From Octopus sinensis (taxonomy: Eukaryota), in NCBI RefSeq assembly GCF_006345805.1, contig NC_043002.1, forward strand, positions 73,966,001 to 74,030,000: a stretch of DNA of 64,000 bases, read 5' to 3'. The translations under genes were made by a program, and so were the position numbers. Positions 50,695 to 64,000 of the stretch are shown here, piece by piece (within the stretch, counting starts at the first letter, position 1; each line of letters opens with the position of its first letter). The notes beneath the pieces were generated by a model, which saw only the letters and a program-made list of their open reading frames with translations, searched no databases and was not told the origin of the DNA.

Positions 50695-52026
50695 TACTTG
50701 GTGGAACAATTAAAATATTAGCCAACAACTAATATTGCATATTGGCACTCACTTCATTGTTAATACTAATTTAAATTTCAGAAAATCTGTGTCGCACCAG
50801 GTCTTCTTGCTTTCTTTCTTTCTTTTTTTTTTTTGTCATTACCATCATAAGGAATATAATTTCACTTAATCAGAATTTCTTAGCTCACTATATTATATTA
50901 GTGAGCACTTTACTATTAGTTTCTCATGCAGAAGGCATCCCTCATCATTCATGGGGGAACATATATCTCTTCCAGTCATTCTGAGAGCTGCAATAATTGC
51001 TAAGACTATGTTTCACCAATGAAGTTTAATACGACTAAAACATATCTAGAATTGCCACCACATGATTAAGAATCAGTCTCACTCACCAATACAGTTTGTA
51101 CATAATTTTAAACAAGTTAAATAATTCTTGACCAGAATTAATAACTTAATCAAGATATTTCTTGGTAACCATGAGTGTAATTTTAATTACACAAAATTTC
51201 TTGCATTAGCACCCACTTCATTATGATATAACAACAACTATGCCAATGAAATGCAACAACACTACAAACAGAAAAATAAACTACCATTTATTATTTTCTG
51301 AATATGTAACTTTACAATCAACTCTTTCATTTTTTTAAAAACTAATAAAAGAAAATGTAAGATTAACATTGTGAACATTTCAACAAAGAGAATTACAAAT
51401 TTATTACATAAATACATAAAATACACCTAATACAATCTGTAAAGTGGTTAGTAACAGGAATGTCATCTAGTTTAGAAGCCAAACCAAACTAAACATACAA
51501 ACAAACATGACCCCCTCATCAGTCTGGAAGAGGAGAAACTCCAAATAACAGCTAGCTCAAACTGTGATGAACCTTGCAACTAATGCCAGCATGGAAAGTA
51601 GATGTATGATGATGATGATCATGACACAGACAAAGGCACAACCATGTGACTAAGTAGTTCACTTGGTAATTATGTAATAACAGGTTCTATCCTACTGCAT
51701 GGTACTTTGAGTGGCTTCTAACTGACTAATAACTTGAGGGGAATTTGGTGGATGAAAACTGAGTAGAAACCCTCAGTGTGTGTTTGCGCTTATACCTCGA
51801 TCTGAGTTTGCATCTATGTTGTATCTTTTTATTCCTATCACCTAGCAGTTCAACAAGGATTAATAAAATAAGTACCTGACTGAAATATATACAAGTATCA
51901 AAGTGATCAATGAAACCTTTGAAGTTGGTTCCCCAGATTCATTGAAATCCAATGACCAAGTCCATTAAAAAATATACAACTACTATCTAAACAGATACAA
52001 TAATTGAAGCACATCCATTGGAACTA

Positions 52027-52219
52027 ATTCTTTTTTTATTTTTTGAAATATCTCTAAGTACACACAGAAAACATGTAAATATTGGGTTGAAAAAACCCTT
52101 TTAGATAAAAAAGAATCAATGGCAGCCTTTTTTCTATCAAAGAGTTTTTCAACCCAATATTTACATTCTATTATTTATGGCTTTCTGTGTGTCCTTTGAG
52201 ATATTCCAAAAAAGAATTC
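52027..52219. repeat. Imperfect fold-back inverted repeat (old MITE)
   Basis: atgtaaatattgggttgaaaaa / tttttcaacccaatatttacat perfect 22-bp arms; outer arms aatatctctaagtacacacagaaa / tttctgtgtgtcctttgagatatt. Confidence 0.7.
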
Positions 52220-53382
52220 AGATTTTTGAATGTTTATAAAATTCTCATTGAAGTCAACAATATAGTTTTGAGTTTAAATTTGATTCCACCCATAGAATAA
52301 AATTTTTATTTAGCAACATATTTTTACAGGAAAGAAAAGAAAAAAAAACTAAAAGTATAAAAGATTAGATTATGAAGAAAAAGAAAAAGGAAAGAATTAA
52401 GCAGAAAAAAATGGGGGAGAGAGAGAAACAGGTTGTACACTCCAGTCTGAATGGTGTGTTCAGAAATAATTACAAAGGCATTGCCACAGCCACCCCATTT
52501 TGCAGGGCTCTGTGCCTTTCACATTTAGGTTAGATGTTTATTAGCAAAAGTAACCAGCTATAAAAAGAATTATTCCAATTATGTAAATATCTAAATTTAC
52601 AATAAATACACTTCACTCATGTTGGCATGGTAAAGTGATAATAAACCAGTGAAATGATACATAAGATAAGAGAGTATTTTTATACTATTTACTCATGTCT
52701 TATTGGAAAGAAAATACAATCAGTATTTTTGTTCTACTTAACATTTAACTAATCAATTGTTTGATTAAGCGTTCAGTCACCCAATCAATCAGCTAGGCTT
52801 GTCAAAGTCCCTTCACCACCATTTGTGACCTCATCAATGACGTGCCTTCTTTACTCTACTTAACCAACTGACTAATGATAATAGAAACAGTGCATAGGTC
52901 ACTTACAGGCATAATGAGCCTCCTGAGATACAACGAAAAATGTTTCAACACACAAACTCACATCAAGAATCTTGCAAACCAAATACAAAAACTTAATTAT
53001 CAATATTGTTTCAATAATAATTATAATGGCACAAACCCAGCAATTTTGGGGGAGGGGTAAGTTGATTATATTGACCCCAGTGCACAACTGGCACTTATTT
53101 TATCAACCCCGCACCCCAAGGCAAAGTTGACTTTCTTGAACTCAGAACATTTTGCCAGCTTGCTACCTTAATAATAACAAACTAATAATAATACATCATA
53201 CATAGAAAAATGGTTTTATATAATGCATCTTTTAATCATCTGTGTGATGTTCTAAATTATTTAAAACACAGCCCACACAGCCCAGTAAGAACAATCTCTT
53301 AATGCATTCCATTCACTGCAATGTTGAATTCCATTAAAGTAAACCACAATCAATATTCATCTCTTTTGCAGCTCCTACTGAG

Positions 53383-53420
<38 letters not shown>

Positions 53421-54129
53421 AATGTGAGTAGCCATGTAGCTCCTCTACAACAAGAACATGCCTGCCTCACCCCTACCTCATCTCTCCTACTTTATTTAAC
53501 TCCTCATCTATCATAGAAACTGCCCCTGCCTTAGGTTTTGTAAGTTTTGTGAGCTGTCTGGCAACTTCACTAATGCTAGTGGCATGAAAAAAAGCACCCA
53601 GTACATGCTATAAAATGGATGGTGCTAGGAAGGGTATCTGCCATAGAAACCATGCCAAAGCAGGCACTGGAGCATGATGCAGTCCTTGGACCCATTGGAT
53701 CCTATCAAATTGTTCAACTTATACCAGCATGAAACATAGACATTAACTGATGATGATGATAAACCACATTACATGTTAACAGCTTCAATTCTTCCTTATT
53801 TTCAATGATATTCCATTTGTTAGCTCAAATAAAGACAATCTCCTATGTCACAAATGGTCTCAAAATTCAAAACTTTTGAAGCAAATTTCAACTACAACGA
53901 TATAACTCATGGTTATTTCCAAGTTTTCCTGCTGTTATTCTGCTTCTAGTATCAAATTAATCTTAAAGATCAGGCCAGAAAACACTACCATTATTTCTGT
54001 AAACACATTTACATAACACAACTTCATATATACTTTTGACTCAAAATGTATGGTCTAAGACTTTACAAGATAACCAAATCCATTACTTCTAAAATTAAAA
54101 ACGGGGTTCCAAACATCAAATAATATATA

Positions 54130-54624
54130 CAGTAATCCCTTGACTATCGCAGGTGTTATGTTCCAAAATGCCCCACGATAGTTAAAACAGTACTGTACAT
54201 TTTTTAAAAATTATTTTATAATTTATATATACTCTTTTACTTGTTTCAGTCATTTGACTGTGGCCATGCTGGAGCACTGCCTTTAGTCGAGCAAATCGAC
54301 CCCGAGACTTATTCTTTGTAAGCCCAGTACTTATTCTATCAGTCTCTTTTGCCGAACCGCTAAGTGACGGGGATGTAAACACACCAGCATCAGTTGTCAA
54401 GCAATGCTAGGGGAACAAATACAGACACACATATATATACGACAGGCTTCTTTCAGTTTCCGTCTACCAAATCCACTCACAAGGCATTGGTCGGCCCGGG
54501 GCTATAGCAGAAGACACTTACCCAAGATGCCACGCAGAAATGCAAAACAACACCATGGAGGAATTGACATAAGCTTAAATAATAAACTGCAATAGCTGAA
54601 GTGTGATATGGTGAAGGATTATTT
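54130..54624. mobile_element. pogo/Tigger-like MITE interrupted by a SINE
   Basis: Left end ta|cagtaatcccttgactatcgc; decayed right end gtgatatggtgaaggattattt|ta; SINE inserted at about 54230-54537. Confidence 0.5.
54230..54537 (-). mobile_element. SINE, well-preserved 5'-truncated copy
   Basis: Shares body with many copies in the window (cttgggtaagtgtcttctgctatagc, cttgtgagtggatttggtagacggaaactgaaagaagcc on the minus strand); CpGs retained. Confidence 0.8.
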
Positions 54625-54758
54625 TAAATAGTAAAATGCTAGAGGTTTTTTTTTCATCCAAAAACAATAACCTCATAGTTCATGCAAAACACTGAAAATT
54701 TTTGATTCAAATTACAGAACTTGATAAGCCATCAGACATATCTGTAACATTTAGAAAT

Positions 54759-54988
54759 TTAACCTTTATGATATCAACCTGGCTGAAACCACCTCTGGCT
54801 CTGTAGTACAAATGTCTTGTTTTCAAAAGTTCTGAATTAAAATCTTCCACCAAACCTTAGTCACAATTTATGTTCCTAGCACTAGCTAAATTATAACTAA
54901 GTTATTTTACTAAATTCTTTGTTATATTAAAAATTAATTGAAAGAAACACAGAGCATCTCAACAGAAATATGATAACAAAAGGGTCAA
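54759..54988. mobile_element. TTAA-flanked piggyBac-like MITE, family A
   Basis: ttaaccttt...caaaagggtcaa termini; shares tacaaa..cttgtttt, aaatcttcca, aatttatgttcc and caacagaaatatg with 1719-1939. Confidence 0.65.
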
Positions 54989-57329
54989 ATCATCAATTTA
55001 AATGAAATAAACATTCACATAATTGCTAACCAAAGGCACTGGCATGGCCATGTGGTTATGAAGCTCACTTTGCAACCACATAGTTTTGGTTCAGTCCCAT
55101 TGCACAGCACCTAGGGCAAGTGTTTTCTACTATAGTCTCAGATCAACCAATGCCTTGTGAGTGAATTTGGTCTTATATATATATAATTTGGTGTTAATTC
55201 CTGCACCACAGCTTGATAACTGGCATTGGTTTGTTAGTGCCCCCATAATTTAGCAGCTTGGCAAAAGAGACCAATAGAATAAAAAGAAATTACTAGGGTT
55301 GGTTTCTTTGACAACATCTTTTAAGGTAGTGTTCCCAGCATTGCTGCAGACCAATGATTGAAACAAGATAAAAGATAAAATCATACCAAAAATCCAGTGA
55401 GGTAGATGTGCTCTCATGTATTTTATTACCTCTCTCTATGCTCTGCAGCTTTTAAAGTAATGCTTCTCAACAAAACCAACAAATTGGAAATTCTAAATTG
55501 AATTTTTAATACTACAGTAAGTGTAGCACACCCATTATCTAGCTAATTATCTCATGTCGAGTATAGAAATACGAATTAATAGCAAAATTTAACCAAGTAA
55601 AATTGTATTCTTTGTAAAAAGAAAAGAATACAATGAAAGCTAAATACAATATCAGAATGAAGTAAATTATCAAAAAAGATGACCATTACCTTTTCTCAAT
55701 TAGCTGTATAATCATGCTAGTGAGCTCACCACCTCATTACACATCAAATCCTGAATAAATACACAATTGCCATTAAGATATCAATAAAACATCTTTTAAA
55801 CAAGTATATATAAATATATCACAAGGCGTTTTTGACACCCTTGTAAAATCTTTAGTATTAAATGGAATACCATCATTTCAAATAGATGTAAAAGATAAGT
55901 CCCAACATCTTAATTTATTTAATATTTGCAAATGATTCTATAATAGCTTGACTAATATCATCATCATCATCCTTTTAATGTTCATCTTTCCATGCTTACA
56001 TGGGTCAGATAGAGTTTAGAGACAGATTTTCTACAACCAGATAGCCTTCCTGTCACCAATCCTCACTTGCTCCCAAGCAAGGTAATATTTCCCCATAGTC
56101 AGACTTAATTGTGCAGAATACTGGAAATGAATTATGGTGATACACATTTACAACTATCATGTGATGTCAAGGCAAGGAGACACAAACATACACATACTCA
56201 CACATACACATGCAATGCCTCCTTTCAGTTTATATCATCCAAATCCACTCACAAAGCTTTGATCAGCCCAGAACTATAGATGAAGATACTTGCTCAAGGT
56301 CCTATGCAGTGGGACTGAACCTGAAACCAAGTGTTTGGGAAGCAAACTTCCTAACCACACAGCTATGCTCGTACCAATAAAGCCTACAAGCTTTATTGGT
56401 ACAAGCATTTCCCACCTTTTACAATATCTTTAAGCAGATGCCAACAAGTCAGAGAAAGTGGAATCTACATCTAGTTTCCAAACCACATAAAACCATAAGT
56501 GAGTAACTGTAGCTCAAAAATAAAGTAATTTGGTTACATCATGAGTTGCATGTCTGTTCATTTTAAATACATATAAGTATGACGAATGGATTTTGATATC
56601 TTAGGGAAAATTTGTCTTAAATTATTTTCAAATTTGTGAATCAAGTCATAATTTTGAGCATAACGACAAAATGGTAATGATAAATCGACATATACTGTAA
56701 TATGAAAATGATTAAAATCAAAAAAGATATAAAGTTAAAAATAAGCATTTACAATCAACAATCAATATTTGAAGCATCATAATACAAAGACAATAATAAC
56801 ACTTCCCAAAACTAGTATCAATTTGTTCTACCAAATAGTAAAAGATCCTTTCCAAAATATATCTTTTTCAATGTAATCAACAAAAAAAAAAGGACATTGG
56901 AAACTGACAGCAAACCATAAATGACATCAGAGAAAATGCTTGGTTAGTATTTGTAATGCTAACCAAACATTTTAAAGAACGTCTGGGAATGTGTCATTAT
57001 ATAATGTATAGCATTCATGAAAACTACATATTTGGCATTACACTGACATACATCTCAGACAACATATAAACAAAGTAATAAATCAACAATCATTGTTTAA
57101 AGGTGGTGCTCCAGCATGGCCACAGTCAAATGACTGAAACAAGTAAAAGAGTATAAAAGAGTAAATCAAACTGCCTCACACACTGCACCCTAGACAATAA
57201 ACACATTCATGTCAATAGAGCATATTAAAGCCAATCAGATAGAGATCTGATCAGCCTTAATATGCACCTAATTGTGTTGTCCAACTGACTACTTATGTGC
57301 ATTAGGTCTGTTCTATCAGCACAGATAAC

Positions 57330-57940
57330 ATGGCTTTATATAGCTATGGTAAGACCTCACCTGGAATTTGCATCACCGGTCTGGAACCCCTATCTTGCCC
57401 AGGATATCAATCATCTGGAAGCCGTTCAGCGACATGCAACCAAAAGAATACCCTCCATCAGGCATTTGCCATATCCTGAACGCCTTACTTCCCTGGGCAT
57501 GGACACATTGAAACTCCGACGTCTGGCAGCTGACTTGGCAGATACCCATAAAATTATCAACCATCGTACAAACAATAACTCTGAGCACCTTTTCAAACTC
57601 CACCCATCTAACACCCGTGGACATATTTACAAAGTCAGAAAACAGCACAGCTCCCATGACTTCAGGAAACATTTTTTCACACTGAGAGTTGCTGAAGCAT
57701 GGAACAAACTGCCGGCATCAGTTGTTAGTTGTCGGAGCACTGCATCCTTCAAAATTTCCATGCTTTCTGAGATTCGTCAACACTACACCTGATTTTCTCC
57801 CCTCCATACACACACAAGCATGTATCTGACTCATACATTGTTCGCTTTCCAGACATTTTTACATTACTGCATGTACTTTATACGCACTTTCTGACAAGTT
57901 GTGGTGCACCTGAGCACTGTATACAATAATTTCATTATCA
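57330..57940 (+). mobile_element. 5'-truncated CR1-type LINE 3' end (relatively young)
   Basis: Open frame LYIAMVRPHLEFASPVWNPYLAQDINHLEAVQRHATKRIP...TRGHIYK...FFTLRVAEAWNKLP to the stop at 57792, then a 3' UTR ending caataatttcattatcat. Confidence 0.88.
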
Positions 57941-59325
57941 TAAACGAAAAACAAAACAAAGCTAAATACTGTATACCCATGACAAAACCAAAATAGAAAA
58001 AGCATGATATTAATATACAGATATGTTCATTGAGTCCAATATAGGATGCCAAACATCTCCAATGCATACTGTTCCATGCTTTCTCTGCTAGTACTGTGCT
58101 TTACCAAAACACAGAGCCCAAATCATAATTGCTCTACAACAAATTAAGTACAGAACAAAGCCCACAATACATCAAGAAAATTTAGAATTTAGACAGCTTT
58201 GAGCTATTAAGGTTGTTTGACCTGCTGAAAATATCAGCCTAATCTCTCTCAAATCACATCCAACTATCTCAACCTTTATTGCATGGGAACCAAGTACATT
58301 CTGTTCCATGCATGTGCACCTAAGACATGGAAACTGAGTTAAACTGTTTTTGATAATGGAGTACTTTCCAGAATTCTCCACATTTCATATGACATAGTAC
58401 ACACATTTCATTTGTACTGACCAACAGAAAAAGGTTGTGAAAACTGATTAACATATTACATCTGCATGTCAGTACACAAAAATTTAATCAGTACTGTGAG
58501 GGTTAAAAAAAGAATACATTGACAAATGTAGTCCTGGGTTCCCTGCACATAGGTAAAAGACAGAATGGTCATGGTAGGAGTATCTTTCATCAGAGTTTTG
58601 TTTGATGAAGATTGATTTTGGGTTAAACATCAAAATAGCTTTTATCCAGCACTGTATTTAATGCATAACCGTCATCCAAAATTCAAAGAGTGTCTTTGTA
58701 TATTACACAACCTGAAAACTTTTCCCACCTCCTAAATAACAATCAATTCCTTTGGTTCCTTACCAAATATATTTCTACCAGTATGGTGGAAGCTTTCTTT
58801 CCTCCATTTCTCAAACATGATGGTTCTGTAACCAATACACCTTGGAAGAAAAGTCTCCACATTTTTTACCCATATTGCATTATACTCCTCACAAGGCATA
58901 TAAGATATATCTCTTCACAAAGCTATCCCTTTTCATTTCATCAAGCTCATTCACTATAAACACATACATTCTAATTGCAAAACAACCTCCGATTGCTTCA
59001 AATCAACATGACCTGACAATGTCCAATTCATCTCAGTGTGCCCTGGGACTAGCCCTAATCCTTGTTAAACTTTTCACTTTCTCAATCACACCCATCCTCA
59101 ACATGAACTGTATGCAATTCAAACCCTCAAAGTCACTACAAATTTCAGGTTCCATCACCACTAAGGATCTTCTTTCATAAAAGATGCACATTCAAATGAC
59201 TAAATCCCAAATGCACGCCTTCCTCTTCAGAGCCCAAAAATATTTTAGTCCCTAACCCCAAAGCTCAGTGAAATCTACAATGGAATACTGCTCTGCATCT
59301 GGAATGGTATAGCTGATATATATAT

Positions 59326-59386
<61 letters not shown>

Positions 59387-60640
59387 ATACACATACATGT
59401 CACAACTATGTTCAACAATAATGATGATACATATATGTCTGTATATATATCCTGGTTCATATTAAAGATGAAAGGCCACTTGACTGATTGGCATAAATAC
59501 ACCCAAATCTCTAGCCTTTTCTATTACAACTAAAATCTCTGCTTTTTCTATCACAACTACAATTGTCTCTACTCGCCAAAGCTGCCAAGTCTCAACCTAC
59601 TTCCACTCATATACACTCAGCACATCTCTCTTCCTCTGGCCATCTCCACTCTCCAAACACACCTACTAACCCCTAACCCCTATTCCTAGTCCATGTTCCC
59701 CAGAATGTCATCCCTCTGGAATCTCCTCCTTGCCCATGGTATTCCTGAAGCCACCAACTTACAGTTAATCAAGAGTAACATTAACTACGTCAACCAACAA
59801 TCCTTTACATTACTATAATAGCACCCTGGCAGTATACTCCCTCTTTCTCCAATCTGATTTCACAAACTACAATGTATTGATACACTATTACATTATCAAA
59901 GTCCACTCAAATTGGATAGGCTACAAGATTTTACCTTTCTCCATATATATATGTACATGTCTGTGTTTGTGTGTTACTGAATACATTACAGAACTGGTGT
60001 ATGCAATGTTGACCAGGAAACACCATCCTACTTCAGCAAGTTAGATTTTGACAAGCTATTGATTATTCCCCATGAACAAATATTTATTCAACCTGGACAA
60101 ACATCATTTATGAATACCTGCATAATGTTTGATGTTTCTGAAAAATACAAAACCTTCATATGAATTATAGGGTTAAATATTCTTACAGCTAGAATCCCAT
60201 ATTAAAGCTTACCATATAAATATGCTCATTACTTTCAACTAACTAAAGCAAATAGATATTTTTCAGCTAGAAGAACTGAAGCAGTTTTTAAAAGCATAAC
60301 TTTTACATTGTCTGTTTAAAACTGTTGTACCTTAATCTGCTATACTTTAATTAAAAACATTAAGAGTCTGATAAATTCAATTGTGCCAAGAGTATACAAT
60401 CTAATATTTCATGCCCTTCTCTTTGTCCAAGAAAGTGGTGTTGTCCACAAACTAAATGGCAATATTAACTACCTCACTCTAAGACGAACAGCAATATTCT
60501 ACGCTCCTCATGGCAGCTTCCCAGTTATTCTGGCTACAGCCCACTTGACCTGACTGCAACCTATCAGCAATGCAGTTTATTATGCTGTAGTCCACTGAAC
60601 TGTAATTGGGTTCCAAGTAGTATTACAAAAGTAGAAAATA

Positions 60641-60652
60641 TTGTGTATGTGC

Positions 60653-60714
<62 letters not shown>

Positions 60715-60771
60715 ATGTATGTATATACACACACACACATACATAATTACATGTACAAAGACATAAATACA

Positions 60772-60818
<47 letters not shown>

Positions 60819-60870
60819 GTATATATATTTATACAACATATATACAACATATATTAACACACACATATGT
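60641..60870. repeat. Compound (GT)n/(TA)n/(CA)n microsatellite, loosely palindromic
   Basis: Direct reading. Confidence 0.9.
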
Positions 60871-61167
60871 TTTTTTTACTAATCGGCAGAAATAACAGAC
60901 AGACTCAGGGACCACAGTTTCATGCATTTGCACTTATCCAAGTTTGATATGGACGAAGCTATCGGCATTTAAGTTCTGTTTTCCTGTTTGTATCACCAAA
61001 CATAATTGTGCATACATATATGATCTCGGCATTTGAGTGACTATAACTTCTGCCGATTATTAATAAAACTATCACACATACATTCATATTTTGAGTTTTA
61101 TTTTCCTGTTTACATCAACAAACATATGTAAACATACATATATGTATACACGCGCACACATATGCAA

Positions 61168-61216
<49 letters not shown>

Positions 61217-62573
61217 AGGTCATGATGGGCCAACAGGTTTTTGGGATCTGACGATACGCCATAAACCTAAACCCTTTAGGGACGGGAAACCCAAGGTAAT
61301 CCCATAAACAGGCCTTCCCCATTTTTAAACACACACACACACACACATAGAACATAAATATTACAGGGAATAATCTTCTAAAATTATGTATCAGAGTATC
61401 TACAAGCTATTTCCATCAGGACCTTAACTCTTTGTACCTGTGTAGTCACTAGTTATGTAATATCCACAAAAATTAAAAAACCTTGGATGGGTTACAAGAT
61501 TTCACCTCTCCCCATACATATACATACATATGTATGTGTGTTATTAAATTACACAAGTATATTATATAAGCGTAGGAATATGTTGTTATTACAGTAACCT
61601 TTGTTTGATATTTAGACTATATAAATTTTCCCTCACACTTCCATGCAGAAAACTAGTGTTTGCAATCCATATTTATCGTACACTTTTCTATCATGTTTCT
61701 TTCATAAATGATAAATAAATATTGTCTCAATTTCCTAAACGTTTGTAACGTCAATCTTTTACAATATTCTGTTATGTTTGCAATATTACATTAGCTTGCT
61801 AAAATATCTTCGAACGTTTTTTCGATATTTTGAAAGAAAAAATGCCCAGTTATTTTACAGAAGTTTATTTTAATTTTGCTCTTATCTATAAAACCTATTT
61901 AAATAGCGTCCTGTGAAAAGGACTAGCAGCATTATCTTCGGTAAAAAGAAAATAGTTGATGCTTCGGAAGATGACGGACGAACTTGGGCGATGCTTATCG
62001 ACATTACAAAACTGCTTGAAGAACTAAACACAGATCAGCTGACACTTTTTTTAGTGATAGAGTTTGCTTCTTAATGGTTCATAAATATAAATAATCAAAT
62101 CAAACAGAACTATTTCAACGACTAAAAATGGTCACAATTAGTTACAATATTGACGGTAAATGACAAAGCAAAACATAAAATTGAGGGGAGGGGTGGCTTT
62201 GTAGTAAGTATCGATAATAACAAACACAATCGATATAATTAACTGGAAACAATAAATTCATTATTTCATGGTCATAACAGATAAATTAGAAGCACTTAAA
62301 ATAGGATAAGCGCCAATTTATTTATTTATTTAAATATTTTTTTGCGGTTTAAAAACAAGAATAAACAAGTGAAATAATGGCAAACACCGGAATATTTTCA
62401 CGACAAAAACAATCCAGTAAAATTTATAATCATTTAAATTCAAGTGCATTTCGAAAATTAAAACATTTTATTGAAAATCTTATTGATAAAAACAATTTTT
62501 ATGAGTTAATATTCCCACAAACAATTCTATTAATGATAATTAACAAATATACGGAGAACATCAGTCGTCTTAC

Positions 62574-62900
62574 CCAGTTCACGTCTTGCTTATATTATAC
62601 GTACTTCACAGGAACTACAAAGCTAATCTTTAACAAAAGCTACTTTCTTTGCTTTTTTAATGTAATTTTAAAACAATTAAATACTCGTTTTTTAACCATT
62701 TTTAAATGTTTTAATTTTAATAAATGCTTTTTATTTAAGCTCACGTACACTTTAAGTCACAAAATCAGAATACGCTTTGGCTTCGTGGGTTAGCTCACTC
62801 TTAGTTACACCGAGCTAAACATATCTTTGAACAACAAAGGACGGGATGGCCATGATTGGAACTTTTTTTGATCATCGGTTCGATTAATCAGTGTTTGGCA
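62574..62900 (-). promoter_or_regulatory. Possible promoter / non-coding first exon of the ERK3/4-like gene (5' end unknown)
   Basis: Minus-strand donor CTGG|GTAAGA (plus strand tcttacccag at 62568-62577) within a region (about 61.7-63.6 kb) that visibly retains CpG. The kinase ATG exon starts with an acceptor, so an upstream exon is required. Confidence 0.3.
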
Positions 62901-63671
62901 ATATCTTTGTTAATAGATAATTTTTATTTAATTGAATTTAAATAATTACTTATTGTATTCTATTCATTAAAAAGCTATAATAATATAAATAAAAACCGCT
63001 GAGACTTATTAAAATATTTATAGCTTTTTATTTAGTTTGGCCATATTAACAAAATCAACACACGAAAGAGCCTATTTGTAGACGCTCGACTTGCAAGAAA
63101 TAGCAGCCAAATCTCCCTCAAATCACTCTATATTTAAAAAAATGATAAATCGGATAATGTCTAAGATACACCAGGACTAAAAAATAATGGTCACGGTTGG
63201 AACGCCTTTAATCGTAGGTCTGACTAACGGCTTCCCAATCACACTTTTGAATATATCAATTTAAAGCTATATTTAACGAAGGCGGTGGTGGTGGTACACA
63301 TCATCATCATCATCATCATCATTATCAGATCTTGGATATATCTACAAAATCCTTATCGTTACCACCTTGTTATATCGGTAAAGTCGTCACGAGGACTAAC
63401 TTCTCATTTCACTGAAGTCATCGTTATCGTTGTTATAAATATCTTTACCATAAAATATTAGGATGTTCTTTGAGTGAGATTCGGTGTTATTTCTAGCAGG
63501 CGGAATAATTACACAATGGATTTCTTCATTGGCTCAATAATGCTGCATATAATGTAACAGTGCAGTCCTCAGCTATGCAAGAGGCATGATACATCAAAAT
63601 CTATGAAGTTGTGAGTTGCACCAAATTTCTGGACAATTAATTTGTGAGATCAGAGACGACCTTATTTTACG

Positions 63672-63705
<34 letters not shown>

Positions 63706-63708
63706 TTC

Positions 63709-63739
<31 letters not shown>

Positions 63740-63785
63740 GCTTTCTTTCTTTCTTTCTTTCTTTCTTGCTTTCTTTCTTTCTTTT
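63672..63785. repeat. (TTTC)n tetranucleotide microsatellite
   Basis: Direct reading. Confidence 0.95.
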
Positions 63786-64000
63786 AAATAAAGAAATAGA
63801 TTCATCTTAGATTTAAGAGGCATGAAGAAAAAGGTATTCTAAGATAGGGTTGGCTTATCTGAAGTCAGAATCCAGGACACCTCCACTAACATTCACCATG
63901 GCTCTGAGCCCTGCCCCCAAAACTTTGGGCCTTTAAAGTTACAAATATAAGGTCTCTCTCTCAATGCAGACTAAAGATTTTGGGTGTTCTTGTTGTGTGG

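Noticed and set aside
57373-57672. Antisense ORFs over the CR1 fragment and over real exons (for example 14772, 39569, 42076, 43126, 45860)
   Set aside because: Shadow frames of real coding sequence.
62377-62793. 138-aa plus-strand ORF
   Set aside because: F/K/N/I-biased translation of AT-rich DNA with no recognisable motif or splice support.

Overview
AT-rich, repeat-dense eukaryotic (animal) genomic DNA. The SINE/RTE/MITE families and (TA)n/(CA)n microsatellites look like an octopus/cephalopod genome, which is an inference. Three protein-coding genes can be read. (1) One large 5' coding exon (13776-15529, minus strand) of a Mint/X11/LIN-10 (APBA) adaptor ending in a CASK-binding-type motif, with a probable non-coding first exon near 36.6 kb; its remaining exons lie off the left edge or were not found. 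(2) A complete 15-exon eukaryotic elongation factor 2 gene (plus strand, 36976-44792, 836 aa) with a TCT/TOP-type start and candidate intronic structured RNAs. (3) A complete 4-coding-exon atypical ERK3/ERK4-like MAP kinase (minus strand, 45297-48423, 619 aa) convergent with eEF2, with an unusual T-D-Q activation-loop motif. The rest is intronic/intergenic DNA holding degraded LINEs (RTE, CR1, Penelope-like), mariner relics, several MITE families, tRNA-headed SINEs, long inverted repeats and microsatellites. Most ORFs in the supplied track are spurious. All family assignments come from motif recall and manual reading; no database searches or folding computations were run.
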